A stretch of DNA of 64,000 nucleotides. It comes from Candidatus Binatia bacterium (GTDB taxonomy: Bacteria > Desulfobacterota > Binatia > HRBIN30). The DNA is taken from assembly GCA_038245295.1 (NCBI GenBank), contig JBBRSP010000008.1, forward strand, positions 128,001-192,000, given 5' to 3'. Within the stretch, counting starts at the first letter, position 1. Every line of letters starts with the position of its first letter. A model generated the notes under the pieces. The model searched no databases. It had not been told where the DNA came from and saw nothing but the letters and a program-made list of their open reading frames with translations. Position numbers and translations under genes: made by a program. Shown one piece after another: positions 18,531 to 28,051 of the stretch.

Positions 18531-20297
18531 TCAAGGATTCGTCGCCACGAACGTTTTGAATGCGTCGTACGCCGGTTTCTGACGCGACGGCATCACGGAT
18601 TGGTCCAACAGCCCAAGGTGGTTGAAGACATCGGTTTCGTTCTGCAAATCGGAAAGAGAGAACCACAAACAGATACTACCGCCGTTGGCCACGCACGCAC
18701 CGAGGCGCGCCGAAACTTGCGCCGCTTCGATCTGCTCGAAAAGAGCGAGATTCTGCGTCCACGAAATCGGTGTTCCGGCGCAGCGCGAATCGGGGCCACT
18801 GTTCTCGGTTGATATCCAACGTTTCCCTGCGGGCAGATGATCGCGCACCCACTGAACCTTCGCCGGGATGTCGTTGACACAACCGTAAAAGTGCAGGTCG
18901 GCTGCGTCGTACTTGCCGGTGCTCAACAGAGTCGACAGGCGATCGATCTGATAGCTCGAGTGCGGGTCGCTCGGGTTGATCACGGCGTCGAGATTTTCCG
19001 AAGCAAAGCTGCTGGCAATCACCGGAACGACGCTGCTGGCCGAACGCACACCATCGTAGAACGACGCCAACTGCGTCAGGTACTGGTCGTTGGTGCCGCG
19101 CCAGTAGCGCGAGTCGGGGCTGAGGGAAGCGTCGCCGACTTCATTTTCGCATTGCAGCCAGACGCGCCCCGAGTCGACACCGTTGATGCGCGCCAACGTG
19201 TCGCGGATGTCCTGCTGGTACTGATCTTTCGACACATAGGGAAAGCCGGCATTGGGCCAGGCGGCCAGCGCCTGGCCGGCATTGGCCGCACCGGAATACG
19301 TCAGATCGATGTTGGCCGGGTTGCGGTTGTTGAGTGTGATCACGACGTTGATACCAGCAGCGAGGAAGGGGTTGAAGTCGATATCGTTCGCGGCGTTGCC
19401 GTCGAGCGCGAGATTGATCCGTACCCATTGCGCGCCGAGGTCGTTGACCGCGGCGACCGTACCCGGGCGTTGCCCGAGGCTGGCGTGGACGCCGAAGCGG
19501 CCGACACGGCAGCCCTGATCGCACCCGTCGCCGTTGCTACGATTGCCGTCGTCGCACTCTTCGTGATCCATGTCGACGATCCCATCGCCGCAGGTACTGG
19601 GACGACACTCGAGCTTCAGCGTGTCCGTATCGGTCGTACCGGAAGATGTCGTGCCGGCGATCTTGATGCTCGTCGTGTGCTTCTTTAGCGCGCCGCCGGT
19701 GCTGACGTGCAGAGGTGCCACCAGCGCAACCGGAGAGGCACAAGCGTTCGGTGTTGCATTGGCGGTGCCGGCGGCGATCGGCGTCTTCTTGCGCTGGACC
19801 GTCAGTCCAAACCCGCCGGGGCCGGCGAGGCCCTCGAGTGCTCCGAGGTTGGCGACATCGTTTGTATCGGCGGAGGTTGATTTCGGCGCCTTGACCTCGA
19901 ACGTGGCGACATCGGAAGGAACGCAGCCGGTCTGCCGCGGATCGGCGTTGTTGAGACAGAGCTTTGGCGAGAACGCGCAACGATGATTGCCGAGGTCGGC
20001 ATCGACGTCGCACAAGCGGTCGCCTTCGTAACAGATGCTGCGATTCTTCGGCACGCCGCCGCGAGTCAGCGTCGGCATCGGCGTCACGATCCATTCCATG
20101 CTGCAGTCGCTCTTCTTTGTCCCGCCACCCGGGATGCACGGGTTACCAGGCGTCGGGTCTGTGCATTCGATCGTCGGCGTCGGAGTCACCGTCGGTGTAG
20201 GTGTAGAAACGGCGCCGGCGCCGGCGACGCGCGCCAGCGCGAGCATGGCGAGTGATCCAAAGCAGATGGCAGGCCAGACACGCTTGTTCATCGCCAT
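18531..20297 (-). CDS. Secreted protein with Cys-rich (myxobacterial-type) repeat and glycoside hydrolase-like TIM barrel
   Basis: Signal peptide, PT linker, CGDG..EECDDGN..GDGC repeat; C-terminal ENE, DLHFY and ISTE motifs resembling clan GH-A. Confidence 0.7.
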   Translation of the reverse strand: MAMNKRVWPAICFGSLAMLALARVAGAGAVSTPTPTVTPTPTIECTDPTPGNPCIPGGGTKKSDCSMEWIVTPMPTLTRGGVPKNRSICYEGDRLCDVDADLGNHRCAFSPKLCLNNADPRQTGCVPSDVATFEVKAPKSTSADTNDVANLGALEGLAGPGGFGLTVQRKKTPIAAGTANATPNACASPVALVAPLHVSTGGALKKHTTSIKIAGTTSSGTTDTDTLKLECRPSTCGDGIVDMDHEECDDGNRSNGDGCDQGCRVGRFGVHASLGQRPGTVAAVNDLGAQWVRINLALDGNAANDIDFNPFLAAGINVVITLNNRNPANIDLTYSGAANAGQALAAWPNAGFPYVSKDQYQQDIRDTLARINGVDSGRVWLQCENEVGDASLSPDSRYWRGTNDQYLTQLASFYDGVRSASSVVPVIASSFASENLDAVINPSDPHSSYQIDRLSTLLSTGKYDAADLHFYGCVNDIPAKVQWVRDHLPAGKRWISTENSGPDSRCAGTPISWTQNLALFEQIEAAQVSARLGACVANGGSICLWFSLSDLQNETDVFNHLGLLDQSVMPSRQKPAYDAFKTFVATNP

Positions 20298-20641
20298 GGC
20301 CGCGAGGATACAATCGACCGACCGAGGGTTGTCAACGAGGTATTGATCGGTTCGTCGCGTCTCCGAGCGACTATGGCGCAGTCGATCGATGAGCGCATCA
20401 CGCATGCAGGCCATGTTGCTGCGCCAGCCGACATCGATCGGCGACTTCGACAAGACATTGCGCGATTGCTTCTTGGCGCTCAGCCTCAAGGAACGGATTC
20501 AAAGCGCCGCCAACTGGGTCAATACTCATTGAGACAATTCGCCCCATTCGATCCGCTGACGATCCTGACGCAGCTGCGTGAGGCCGAGTATCTGGTCGTC
20601 GGGTGGTTTTGCCGCCGATCGTTGCGCCAGTGCAGCGACCC

Positions 20642-20689
20642 ACAACATGGCAAAATAGCCAAATGACGAAATGGCCAAACGGCCAAATG
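20642..20689. repeat. Degenerate octamer tandem repeat (gccaaatg x6)
   Basis: acaacatg gcaaaata gccaaatg acgaaatg gccaaacg gccaaatg. Confidence 0.75.
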
Positions 20690-20694
20690 AAAGC

Positions 20695-20782
20695 TGGCGG
20701 AGGGGGCGAGATTCGAACTCGCGGACCCTTGCGGGTCGCCGGTTTTCAAGACCGGTGGTTTCAACCACTCACCCACCCCTCC
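20695..20782 (-). tRNA. tRNA-Ser (anticodon TGA)
   Basis: GGAGGGGTGGGTGAGTGGTTGAAACCACCGGTCTTGAAAACCGGCGACCCGCAAGGGTCCGCGAGTTCGAATCTCGCCCCCTCCGCCA: full cloverleaf, long variable arm, encoded CCA. Confidence 0.97.
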
Positions 20783-21036
20783 GTTGGCAGCGCCAACCAT
20801 TTGCAGCGGCGGGGCACTTTTGATGCGACCCGTCGTAACAAACTCGCGCCACGCGATAGCAGGTTCACACTAAGTTGTGGACACCTCTCGTGGCAGTTGA
20901 TCAAACGCCACGATCCGGCACCAGCCGGTGAGCGATACCTCAAGTTCCAAGCCGTCGACCGAGCGCTAGCCGAACGAGATGTGCGAACTTCGCGCCCGCT
21001 CTTTTCGGGCGCGGATCACGCCGACTACGATCACCT

Positions 21037-21996
21037 CTACGGCTCCGGCCCCGCCTTCGCGAATGCGTCGAACAGGCGCGCGCGCACGGTGCTCACGAGC
21101 CGGTCGGAAGGTGGCGCCACAGTTGGTTCGGGCAGGAGCTGACCCAGGAACCGAAAGACGGCGCCAAGCAATTCGCCGCCCGCCGCCGCAACCCGGTCGC
21201 GCTGCGCCAATTGCCGGGCCTCTTGCTCGGCCCGTTGCCTTGCCGATTCGTCGATCGGGGCTTCGGGCTTGGCACCCAGCAAGACTTCCAGCCGCTGCTT
21301 CAGATCTTCAATGCTGCTGACTAGATCAACGGCGTCGACTTCGGAGTCGGCGTCCAGCGCGGCGAGTGCCAGATCGCGCTTGGCGGCAAGCGTTGCCAGT
21401 AGATTGTCTCCAATCGTTTCTTCGGTCACCAGCACGTAGACCTGCACCGGCCGCTTCTGGCCCATGCGGTGGGCGCGGCCGACTCGTTGCTCCAGCACGG
21501 CCGGATTCCACGGCAGATCGACGTTGATCACGGTGTTGGCCGCCTGCAGATTTAGGCCAACAGAACCGGCGTTGGTGGTGATGAAGAGTTTGCAGTTGGA
21601 GTTGGCTTGGAACTCGTTCACCAGTTGCTGTCGCTGCTTCTGCGGCACTGACCCGTCCAGCCGCACGTAACGCAGGCGTCGCGCGTCGAGCATGGGCTCG
21701 ATGAGATCCAGCATCGTTGTCCACTCCGAGAACAGGACCACCTTGCGGCCTTGCTCCTGGAACAAACGGTCGAGTAGGTCGTTCAAGTAACCGAGCCTGG
21801 TCGAATAGCCAGGCGCCTGTTTGTCGACGAGGTAAGTGCTGTTGGCCGCCATGCGGCACATCAACAATGCCTTCTTCAGGCGCACCCGCAGGCCGGCGCC
21901 ACAACCCTGATCATCTCGCTCGGCATTGTGAGCAAGCCGTTCTACCTGCTCATTATCGAGGTCGCCGTCGCGCTGCTCGCGCTGCAGGCGATTCAT
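21037..21996 (-). pseudogene. SNF2-family helicase C-terminal fragment
   Basis: KVVLFSEW, RLDGS, AGSVGLNLQAAN, DLPWNPA.LEQR.GRAHRMGQ; Walker A/DEAH lobe missing. Confidence 0.85.
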
Positions 21997-22214
21997 GAAC
22001 CGCCTTGCAGGCCTCGACGATCCAGTTTGGGTGAAGCGCGCCCCGAACGGGAAACAGCGGCAGAATGGGATCTCGCAGATTGACAGGGCGCTTGAGCCGG
22101 CTGCTAGCCCGCTGCTAACGGAGTCCCTGGCAGCGAGGTCACATGCCTTGAGCTTCGCTCAGGAGGCAGGCGACACGAGAGGAGCGGCGTTCAAAGCCGC
22201 ACGCGGAGGGCACA

Positions 22215-23423
22215 GTGATACCCGTTTCGATCGAAACCACGGCGCGAACACGGCAGGTTCATAAATCGTTTGCGCTCTTCGCGCTGGGCTTTCGCCCCTT
22301 TTTCCTGGCTGCCGCGCTCGCCGCGGTCGCTCTGGTTGCCCTCTGGGTCGCCGACTACGGCGGGGCAGTCTCGTTGCAGACGTATTACGGCACCGTCACC
22401 TGGCATGGCCACGAGATGGTTTTTGGCTATGCCGCTGCGGTGGTGGCGGGGTTCCTGCTCACGTCGGTGCGCAACTGGACCTCGATCGACACGCTGCGCG
22501 GCGGTTCGCTGGCGGCCCTCCTGACGCTCTGGATTGTCGGCCGCTTGGCGCCGTTTGCGTCGGGTACTGTGCCCGGGTGGCTCATCGCTGCGGTAGACGT
22601 CGCCTTCCTGCCGGTGCTAGCCGCGAGTCTATCCACACCGCTGCTGCGGCGTCGGCAATGGCGCAATCTTCCCTTCGTGCCAGTGCTGTTCCTCCTAGCG
22701 TTCGCGAACCTGCTCGTGCATCTAGACGTGCTCGGTGTCCTTCCGGGCCGTGCGACGACGGGCCTTTATCTCGGCGTCGACCTGATCGTGCTGCTGATCA
22801 CGATCATTGGCGGACGCGTGATTCCGTTCTTCACCGAGCGCGCACTGCCGGGTGCCAGGCCACGTGTTTGGAGATTGGTGGAGTGGGTATCCATTGCCAC
22901 GGTGGCAACGGTCGCCATTCTCCGCACCATGCCGCTAGCGCCGCAACTCACACTGTCGCTGGCGGCGGTCGCCGTACTCGCGCACGCGACGCGGTTGTGG
23001 GGTTGGTCCGATCGCCGCATGGGGTCTGTCCCGTTGCTCTGGATCCTCTACGTCGGCTACGCCTGGGTGGTCGTCGGCTTCGCCCTTGAGGGCCTTTCAG
23101 CAGTCGCAATGGTACGGCCGCAGCTGGCGCTGCATGCCTTAACCACTGGCGCGATCGGCACGATGACCCTCGGCATGATGGCTCGCGTTGCGCTCGGACA
23201 TACCGGTCGGCCGCTGCATGCCGCGCGGCCGCTGGTGGCAGCGTTCGTCCTGGTGACGGTTGCAGCTCTGCTGCGCGTCTTCGCTGCCTGGTGGCTGCCG
23301 GACCAATGGTATGTGTCGCTGATCGTTGCCTCTGGGGTGGCGTGGATCGCCGCCTTCGTCCTGTTCCTGGCGCTGTACGCGCCGATTCTGATAAGGCCAC
23401 GGACGGACGGGCTCGAGGGCTGA
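22215..23423 (+). CDS. nnrS: NnrS family NO-tolerance membrane protein
   Basis: LGFRPFFL, WHGHEMVFGY, GFLLTSV.NWT, IGGRVIPFFT, HALTTG, MMARVALGHTGR. Confidence 0.95.
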   Translation: MIPVSIETTARTRQVHKSFALFALGFRPFFLAAALAAVALVALWVADYGGAVSLQTYYGTVTWHGHEMVFGYAAAVVAGFLLTSVRNWTSIDTLRGGSLAALLTLWIVGRLAPFASGTVPGWLIAAVDVAFLPVLAASLSTPLLRRRQWRNLPFVPVLFLLAFANLLVHLDVLGVLPGRATTGLYLGVDLIVLLITIIGGRVIPFFTERALPGARPRVWRLVEWVSIATVATVAILRTMPLAPQLTLSLAAVAVLAHATRLWGWSDRRMGSVPLLWILYVGYAWVVVGFALEGLSAVAMVRPQLALHALTTGAIGTMTLGMMARVALGHTGRPLHAARPLVAAFVLVTVAALLRVFAAWWLPDQWYVSLIVASGVAWIAAFVLFLALYAPILIRPRTDGLEG

Positions 23424-23529
23424 TCAGCCGATGGCGCGCATGCCTGCGGCCAGCTCGTTGCGGTTACGGCGAGGGCGCGGTCACGCATAGGTGAGGTAGA
23501 ACTTCGGCGCCTTGTCTTTCGGGAAGACC

Positions 23530-24489
23530 TCACTCCGGGTTTCCCCAGTGATGTAATAGACGCTCCCTTAGTTTGCGGTGCCGTGGCAGGAAATATGCGA
23601 GCATCGCCGTCGCGGCTAGGATGTTCGCCACAAAGATGGTCCACCAGCCGAGTGATTCGACCAGCGCCTCGTCGATCAACATCACCACGCCGAAAAAGAA
23701 CACCTCGAAGCAGGTGAACAGAATGAAGGCGCCGAGCAGGAGTATCGGCTCTCGCTCGGCGACTGCCAGTAGAACGGCTGCCAGAATGCCGAAGATGATG
23801 AAGGCCGTTGCGTGAAGCACGGTATAGCCAAGGACCACAGCGGTCGAAATGTGCAGGGTCGCCGGGTCCCGTAAGCCCTGGAGGATGGCAGCTCCCAGCA
23901 AGGCTGGGGTGTACAATGGTCGATCAGTCGCAGTGTCGTACAGGACGAACCATACGGCCACCGTAGCCGCTCCGATGATTCCACCCACGACGCCTTCGCG
24001 GACGACCCCGGTCCACGGGCCAAGCAGCGCTCGCCCCAGGGCATGATGCCCGAAAAAGAAGTACCCGAGCATCGCGCCGCTTGCGAGTAGGTTGCCCACG
24101 AGAAGGCTCCACCACGAGATGTTCGCCATGAGCGTCGGCCCATGGAACATGACGAGAGCGATGGAGAAGACTTCGAACCCGCCGAAGAAGATGAAGAGCG
24201 CAATCACCAGCCCCGCCTCACGCTCCGCGGCGGCGATCAGCGCCGCCGCCGCAATGCCGAACAACGTGAAGGCGATTGCGTGCGCCACGCTGTATTGCAC
24301 TACAAGTGGCCACGTAATGACCGGTAGCTCGCTGCCTGAGGCCCCGTGGAAGAGTACGGCCGCAAGCAGCCCCGGCGTTTCAAACAGTCTTCCCCGGCTG
24401 GCATCAAATACCAGGAACCACAACGCCACCGCGGCCGCGCCGAGCAACCCGGCGATTATGCCGTCGCGCACGACCTCGCGTTTGCTCAT
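23530..24489 (-). CDS. Internally duplicated integral membrane protein (last gene of respiratory operon)
   Basis: Two homologous halves (VVR(D/E)G..GA..VA.WF..D...TP.LL; Y.V.H..AF; FEVF); ATGA overlap with ctaG. Confidence 0.75.
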   Translation of the reverse strand: MSKREVVRDGIIAGLLGAAAVALWFLVFDASRGRLFETPGLLAAVLFHGASGSELPVITWPLVVQYSVAHAIAFTLFGIAAAALIAAAEREAGLVIALFIFFGGFEVFSIALVMFHGPTLMANISWWSLLVGNLLASGAMLGYFFFGHHALGRALLGPWTGVVREGVVGGIIGAATVAVWFVLYDTATDRPLYTPALLGAAILQGLRDPATLHISTAVVLGYTVLHATAFIIFGILAAVLLAVAEREPILLLGAFILFTCFEVFFFGVVMLIDEALVESLGWWTIFVANILAATAMLAYFLPRHRKLRERLLHHWGNPE

Positions 24490-25289
24490 CTTGTGGTCAC
24501 CCGCGTCAACCCTACTACCGCGAGCGGCCGCCCTGCCAGCGGCTCGTCCCGGTCCTCGCGTTGCGCCCATCGGAAGAACATGATGGTGAACACACTCATG
24601 AAGTAGAGCCCGGCGCCGACCCACATCAGCAAGCCCCCCAAGACCTGATCAACGAGGGGAGTGAGCCCCCACGGGTGCGGACCCTCGAGATACCATGGAT
24701 AGATGACATCCGGCGCGAGCGTGATCGGCGCCGAGACGGCCGCCATCGGGATCAGGAGCAAAAAGAGGTAGAGAGTCTGCGCCGGATAGCCGAGACGTGG
24801 CAGCTCCGGCATCGGACTGAGCAACGGCCACCACATGATCGTGCCTGTCACCATGAGCAGCACGTGCATAGCGATGTGCACGTTTTCGTCGCGCACCATG
24901 CGCTCGAACACCGGCTGTGTATGGATGACGGCGAGAAACGCATTGTAGAGGACAAATGCCACCAATGGATACGTGATCATTCGAGCAAGGCGCTGGACCA
25001 CCGGCCACCGTAGGAGCGGCCGCAGCATCCATCCGGGGGTTCCCAGCAGCAGGAGTGGTGGCATCACGAGAGCGAGCAGCAGATGTTGCAACATGTGCGC
25101 GGTGAACATTCGGTCGTCGGCGAGCGCATCGACTGGTCCATTGAGCGCAAAGAACATCGTCGTCAGAGCGCCGACGAAGGAAGCGACCTGTCCAGCGCGC
25201 ACGCGCTGGTGTGCCAGGAACCACATCAGGGCATAACACGCCGCCAGGCCGAAGATTCCCGCGATCACGGTAGGGTGTAGATCCTCCAT
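24486..25289 (-). CDS. ctaG: Cytochrome c oxidase assembly factor, caa3-type CtaG
   Basis: FTAHMLQHLLL...PPLLLLG, DQVLGGLLMW. Confidence 0.9.
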   Translation of the reverse strand: MEDLHPTVIAGIFGLAACYALMWFLAHQRVRAGQVASFVGALTTMFFALNGPVDALADDRMFTAHMLQHLLLALVMPPLLLLGTPGWMLRPLLRWPVVQRLARMITYPLVAFVLYNAFLAVIHTQPVFERMVRDENVHIAMHVLLMVTGTIMWWPLLSPMPELPRLGYPAQTLYLFLLLIPMAAVSAPITLAPDVIYPWYLEGPHPWGLTPLVDQVLGGLLMWVGAGLYFMSVFTIMFFRWAQREDRDEPLAGRPLAVVGLTRVTTR

Positions 25290-25293
25290 CGGT

Positions 25294-25596
25294 TCACGTA
25301 CTCGCGCGGTAGAACGTTGCGAAGAGAAGGCTCAGCGAAAAGATCAGCACCGTCGCAAAGAACAGCAGGAACAGAAAGATGGCCGTGTACGTCCAACGGT
25401 CGAATTTGAGGTGCATGTAGAACATCACGACCAGCGCGAACTTGGCTGCGGAAAGCAGCAACAGCACGGGTAGCAGCGCCGGCTTGAGCGCCCGCACGTA
25501 AAAGACTGTCACCTCCATCGCCGTCAGCACCGTCAGAAAGACCGCGACGATCAAATAGGTCGCTGTTCCAGGCTGTCCGTGCGTCGCCTCGGTCAT
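25294..25596 (-). CDS. ctaF: Cytochrome c oxidase subunit IV
   Basis: Three TM helices, LTAMEV, AKFALVVMFYMHLKFD. Confidence 0.88.
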   Translation of the reverse strand: MTEATHGQPGTATYLIVAVFLTVLTAMEVTVFYVRALKPALLPVLLLLSAAKFALVVMFYMHLKFDRWTYTAIFLFLLFFATVLIFSLSLLFATFYRAST

Positions 25597-28043
25597 GCGC
25601 CCTTCACTCCCTGCAGCAGGTAGACCAAGGTAAAGATGACGATCCACACGATGTCGACGAAGTGCCAATAGAGCCCGCAGAGCTCAACCGACAGGCTGCG
25701 TTTCTGCGGCAGCTGGCCGGCCAGCGACGCGATTGCCAAGGTCACGAGCCACAGCACCCCGACCGTCACGTGCACGCCGTGAAACCCGACGAGCGTGTAG
25801 AACGTCTGGCTGAACAGGTTCGTCTGCAGCGCCAGGCCTTGGTGATAGAAGTGAGTGAACTCGTACACTTGGCCGAGCAGAAATATCACGCCGAGCCCGG
25901 CCGTTCCGAGCAACCAACGCCGACTCCAGCGCACGTCGCCGCGCTGCGTGGCGGCCAGAGCCAGGACCATCAGCAAACTGCTCATGAGCAGCACGAAGGT
26001 GCTCACAGACGTCAGGGGCACTTCGAGGATCTCGGCACCCGGGCCAGCAACGTTGTGTTCCTTATAGATGAGGTAGGTCGAGAGCAGCGACGCGAAGAAG
26101 ATCGACTCCGAACCGATGAACGCCCAGATGCCTATCTTGCGGTTGTCGAGTCCTGTCGACAAGACGCCCGCCACACCGGTGTGCTCGGCTTCCCCGAAGT
26201 TGGAGTATTCGAAGCTCATGCCGATGATGCTGAGCAGCACGACGATTGCGCCGATGACGGCGACCTCCACCCGGGTGATCGCACCCACCGCGGTCAGCAG
26301 GACACCGGCGGCTAACATGAGCGGAAAGATCGAGGGACCCGGCACGTGAATCGCCTCCGGGGTTGAGGCCTCCAAGGCGGGACGGTCTGCATCGGGGGCC
26401 ATGGACGGACGCGGTCGTCCATACTTGAGCGCCCAGAAGGGATCGCGTGCGCGCACGACCGGGATGCGGGCGAAGTTGCATGCCGGCGGCGGCGACGGGG
26501 TCCACCATTCCAGCGTGCGCGCGTCCCAGGGATCCGCACCGGCCGTGACGCGCCGTCGGAGGCTCATCAAGATGTTGATCAGCAGGATCGCCACCGACAG
26601 ACCAAGGATGAAAGCGCTGACCGTTGCGATCAGGTTCCACGTGTCCCACCCCATCCCGGGCGCGTACCGGTATATCCGTCGCGGCATGCCTTCGGCACCG
26701 AGGAAGTGCATCGGGAAGAACGTGCCGTTGAAGCCAATGATGGTGAGCCAGAAATGCAACTTGCCGAGCCGCTCGTTGAGCATATTGCCGGTGATTTTCG
26801 GCCACCAATAGTAGAGCCCCGAGAAGATCCCGAATGCAGAGCCGCCGAACAACACGTAGTGCAGGTGTGCTACGACAAAGTACGAATCCGTCTGCTGCAA
26901 ATCGATTGGGACGGCGGCGTGCATGATGCCGCTGAGGCCGCCGATGGTGAACTCGAAAATGAGACCGATGGAGAACAGGAACGCCGTCGTCAGACTCAAC
27001 GCGCCACCCCACATGGTCGCGATCCAGGTAAAGATCTTGATGCCCGTCGGAATCGCGATCAGCATCGAGGTCACGGCAAAGGCGCTGTCCGCTGCCGGCC
27101 CCATGCCGACCGCAAACATGTGATGACCCCACACGCCGTACGACAGGAACCCGATCAGCGCCGTCGAATAGGCCATCATCGGGTAGCCGTACAGGGGCTT
27201 GCGCGAGAAAACCGGAACTACCTCCGAGACAATCCCGAAGGCGGGCAGAGCCATGATGTAGACTTCTGGGTGCCCGAACAGCCAGAAGAGATGCTGCCAC
27301 AGCAGCGGTGTGGCGCCGGTCGTCGCGACGTAAAAGTGGGTGCCGTAAAACCGATCCATGAGCAGCAGAATCAGCGCGACGGTGAGCGCCGGGAAGGCCA
27401 GGAGAATAAGCACCACCGTCACCAGCATCGTCCATACGAACATCGGCATCCGCATGTAGGTCATGCCCGGCGCCCGCATGTTGACGATAGTGACGAGAAA
27501 GTTGAGGCCGGTCAGCATGGTCGAGACTCCGAGCACGAGCAGGCCGAGGACCCAGAAATCCATGTTGGTGCCGGGCGAGAAGTAGCGCTCCGTCAGATTG
27601 GCATAGGCAAACCATCCGGCGTTGGGCGCGCCGTTGAAGAAACAGCTCGCGTGCAGGAACACGGCACCGAAGAGGAACAGCCAGTAGCTGAGCGCGTTGA
27701 GGCGCGGGAAGGCCACGTCCCGTGCGCCGATGTGCAGCGGCAACACGAAGTTGGAGAAAAAGCCGACCTCCAGTGGCATCACCACCAGAAAGATCATCGT
27801 GGTGCCATGCATCGTGAACAGCTGGTTGTATACGCCGGCTGTGAGGAAGGTATTGTCTGGGTACGCGAGCTGGACGCGGATGAGCAACGCCTCGATGCCG
27901 CCGATGAGGAAGAAGGCGAGCGCGGTCACGCCGTACATGACCGCGATCCGCTTGTGGTCCACGGTGGCGATCCAACTCCACAGGCTACCGTGCAGGTAGT
28001 TACTCTCTTCTGCCATTTCCTCGATGCGTACTGCGGCTTGCAT
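25593..28043 (-). CDS. ctaD: Heme-copper oxidase subunit I fused to subunit III (A1 type)
   Basis: VDHKRI, TMHGTTM, GHPEVY, WGHHMF, PTGIKIF, AHLHY, then a subunit III domain (WAFIGSE, GFHGVHV, YWHFVD.VW). Confidence 0.95.
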   Translation of the reverse strand: MQAAVRIEEMAEESNYLHGSLWSWIATVDHKRIAVMYGVTALAFFLIGGIEALLIRVQLAYPDNTFLTAGVYNQLFTMHGTTMIFLVVMPLEVGFFSNFVLPLHIGARDVAFPRLNALSYWLFLFGAVFLHASCFFNGAPNAGWFAYANLTERYFSPGTNMDFWVLGLLVLGVSTMLTGLNFLVTIVNMRAPGMTYMRMPMFVWTMLVTVVLILLAFPALTVALILLLMDRFYGTHFYVATTGATPLLWQHLFWLFGHPEVYIMALPAFGIVSEVVPVFSRKPLYGYPMMAYSTALIGFLSYGVWGHHMFAVGMGPAADSAFAVTSMLIAIPTGIKIFTWIATMWGGALSLTTAFLFSIGLIFEFTIGGLSGIMHAAVPIDLQQTDSYFVVAHLHYVLFGGSAFGIFSGLYYWWPKITGNMLNERLGKLHFWLTIIGFNGTFFPMHFLGAEGMPRRIYRYAPGMGWDTWNLIATVSAFILGLSVAILLINILMSLRRRVTAGADPWDARTLEWWTPSPPPACNFARIPVVRARDPFWALKYGRPRPSMAPDADRPALEASTPEAIHVPGPSIFPLMLAAGVLLTAVGAITRVEVAVIGAIVVLLSIIGMSFEYSNFGEAEHTGVAGVLSTGLDNRKIGIWAFIGSESIFFASLLSTYLIYKEHNVAGPGAEILEVPLTSVSTFVLLMSSLLMVLALAATQRGDVRWSRRWLLGTAGLGVIFLLGQVYEFTHFYHQGLALQTNLFSQTFYTLVGFHGVHVTVGVLWLVTLAIASLAGQLPQKRSLSVELCGLYWHFVDIVWIVIFTLVYLLQGVKGA

Positions 28044-28051
28044 GACGTGTC

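Noticed and set aside
22147..22163. Palindrome cttgagc-ttc-gctcagg upstream of nnrS as an NnrR site
   Set aside because: Half-sites and spacing do not match the two clear boxes; NO-regulation of nnrS is not shown by sequence.
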